A stretch of 64,000 nt of DNA. Source: Octopus sinensis. Its lineage: Eukaryota. The position numbers and the translations under genes are program-made. Of the stretch, positions 63,238-64,000 are shown in pieces (position 1 is the stretch's first letter; each line of letters begins with the position of its first letter). The DNA lies in contig NC_043026.1 in assembly GCF_006345805.1 (NCBI RefSeq), positions 8,866,001 to 8,930,000 on the forward strand. Reading direction: 5' to 3'. The notes beneath the pieces are model-generated. The model saw only the letters and a program-made list of their open reading frames with translations. It was not told where the DNA came from and did no database searches.

Positions 63238-64000
63238 ATGGAAAAGAGTGAGAAAGTGAAGGAACATATTTTTCCAGAAGTTAGCAAAAAAGAGAGACAA
63301 AAATTGTTACATGACTGTGATGTGTGTAAAAAGTCTTTCTCACAAAAAGGTACCTTAAATAGTCACAAACGTATTCATACAGGAGAGACACCGTATTATT
63401 GTGATATCTGTGGTAAATCATTCTCTCAAAGTAGCAACTTAACTGCTCACAAACGTTCCCATACAGGAGAGAAGCCATTTCACTGTGAAATCTGTGGTAA
63501 ATCATTCTCTCAAAAACAGAACTTGACTACACATAAACGTATTCATACAGGAGAGAAGCCATATCATTGTAGTGTCTGTGGTACAATATTCTCTCACCAA
63601 AGTGTTTTAAATAATCACCAGCATTGTCATACAGGAGAGAAGCCATATTCCTGTAATATCTGTGGTAAAATATTTCCTGGTAAAAGTGCTCTAACTAATC
63701 ACAAACGTATTCATACAGGAGAGTCCCCATATCATTGTGATATCTGTGGTAAATCATTCTCTCAAAGTTGCAACTTAACTACTCACAAACGTTCCCATAC
63801 AGGAGAGAAGCCATACCACTGTGATATCTGTGGTAAATCATTCTCTCAAAAAATTACCTTGACTACCCACAAATGTATTCATACAGGAGAGAAGCCATAT
63901 CATTGTAGTGTCTGTGGTACGAGTTTCTCTCACCAAAGTGTTTTAAATTATCACCAGCATTGTCATACAGGAGAGAAGCCATATTCCTGTAATATCTGTG
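63238..64000 (+). CDS. C2H2 ZNF gene C (B-type N-terminus, new finger set), at least 9 fingers, runs off the window
   Basis: Manual translation from ATG 63238: [60 protein letters not shown]..., no stop to 64000. Not in the ORF track, presumably because it has no stop inside the window. Confidence 0.93.
   Translation, partial: MEKSEKVKEHIFPEVSKKERQKLLHDCDVCKKSFSQKGTLNSHKRIHTGETPYYCDICGKSFSQSSNLTAHKRSHTGEKPFHCEICGKSFSQKQNLTTHKRIHTGEKPYHCSVCGTIFSHQSVLNNHQHCHTGEKPYSCNICGKIFPGKSALTNHKRIHTGESPYHCDICGKSFSQSCNLTTHKRSHTGEKPYHCDICGKSFSQKITLTTHKCIHTGEKPYHCSVCGTSFSHQSVLNYHQHCHTGEKPYSCNIC

Overview
Eukaryotic, AT-rich DNA, very probably an Octopus genome. That call rests on SINE families I recognise by eye and on [16 protein letters not shown]-type fingers; it was not database-checked. 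Bases 1-61243 are a tandem array of five complete 11.1-12.7 kb units plus a truncated sixth. Each complete unit has a 256-bp satellite array, a plus-strand poly-C2H2 zinc-finger gene (A, 14 or 17 fingers), a minus-strand paralogue (B, 11 fingers) and several SINEs. Main result: A and B are whole-gene inverted paralogues, so the array is a chain of imperfect palindromes. At each head-to-head centre two mirrored ~480-bp arms carry a SINE relic, an NRF1-like motif (TGCGCATGCGT), a putative upstream exon and a GTAAGT donor. Between the arms sits the 256-bp VNTR, with one consensus CCAAT box per monomer and a different copy number in every unit (7, 5, 1, 4, 3, 2). All A copies have lost the B-type ATG through an exact 30-bp deletion next to a (TA)n tract. 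The array ends at a 5'-truncated Penelope-like element with a hammerhead-like motif. It joins an A-type promoter/exon 1 to a B-type coding exon, giving a third ZNF gene (C, 63238 to window end) that is missing from the ORF track. Exon structures, promoters and editing ideas are inferences from sequence alone; there are no expression data.
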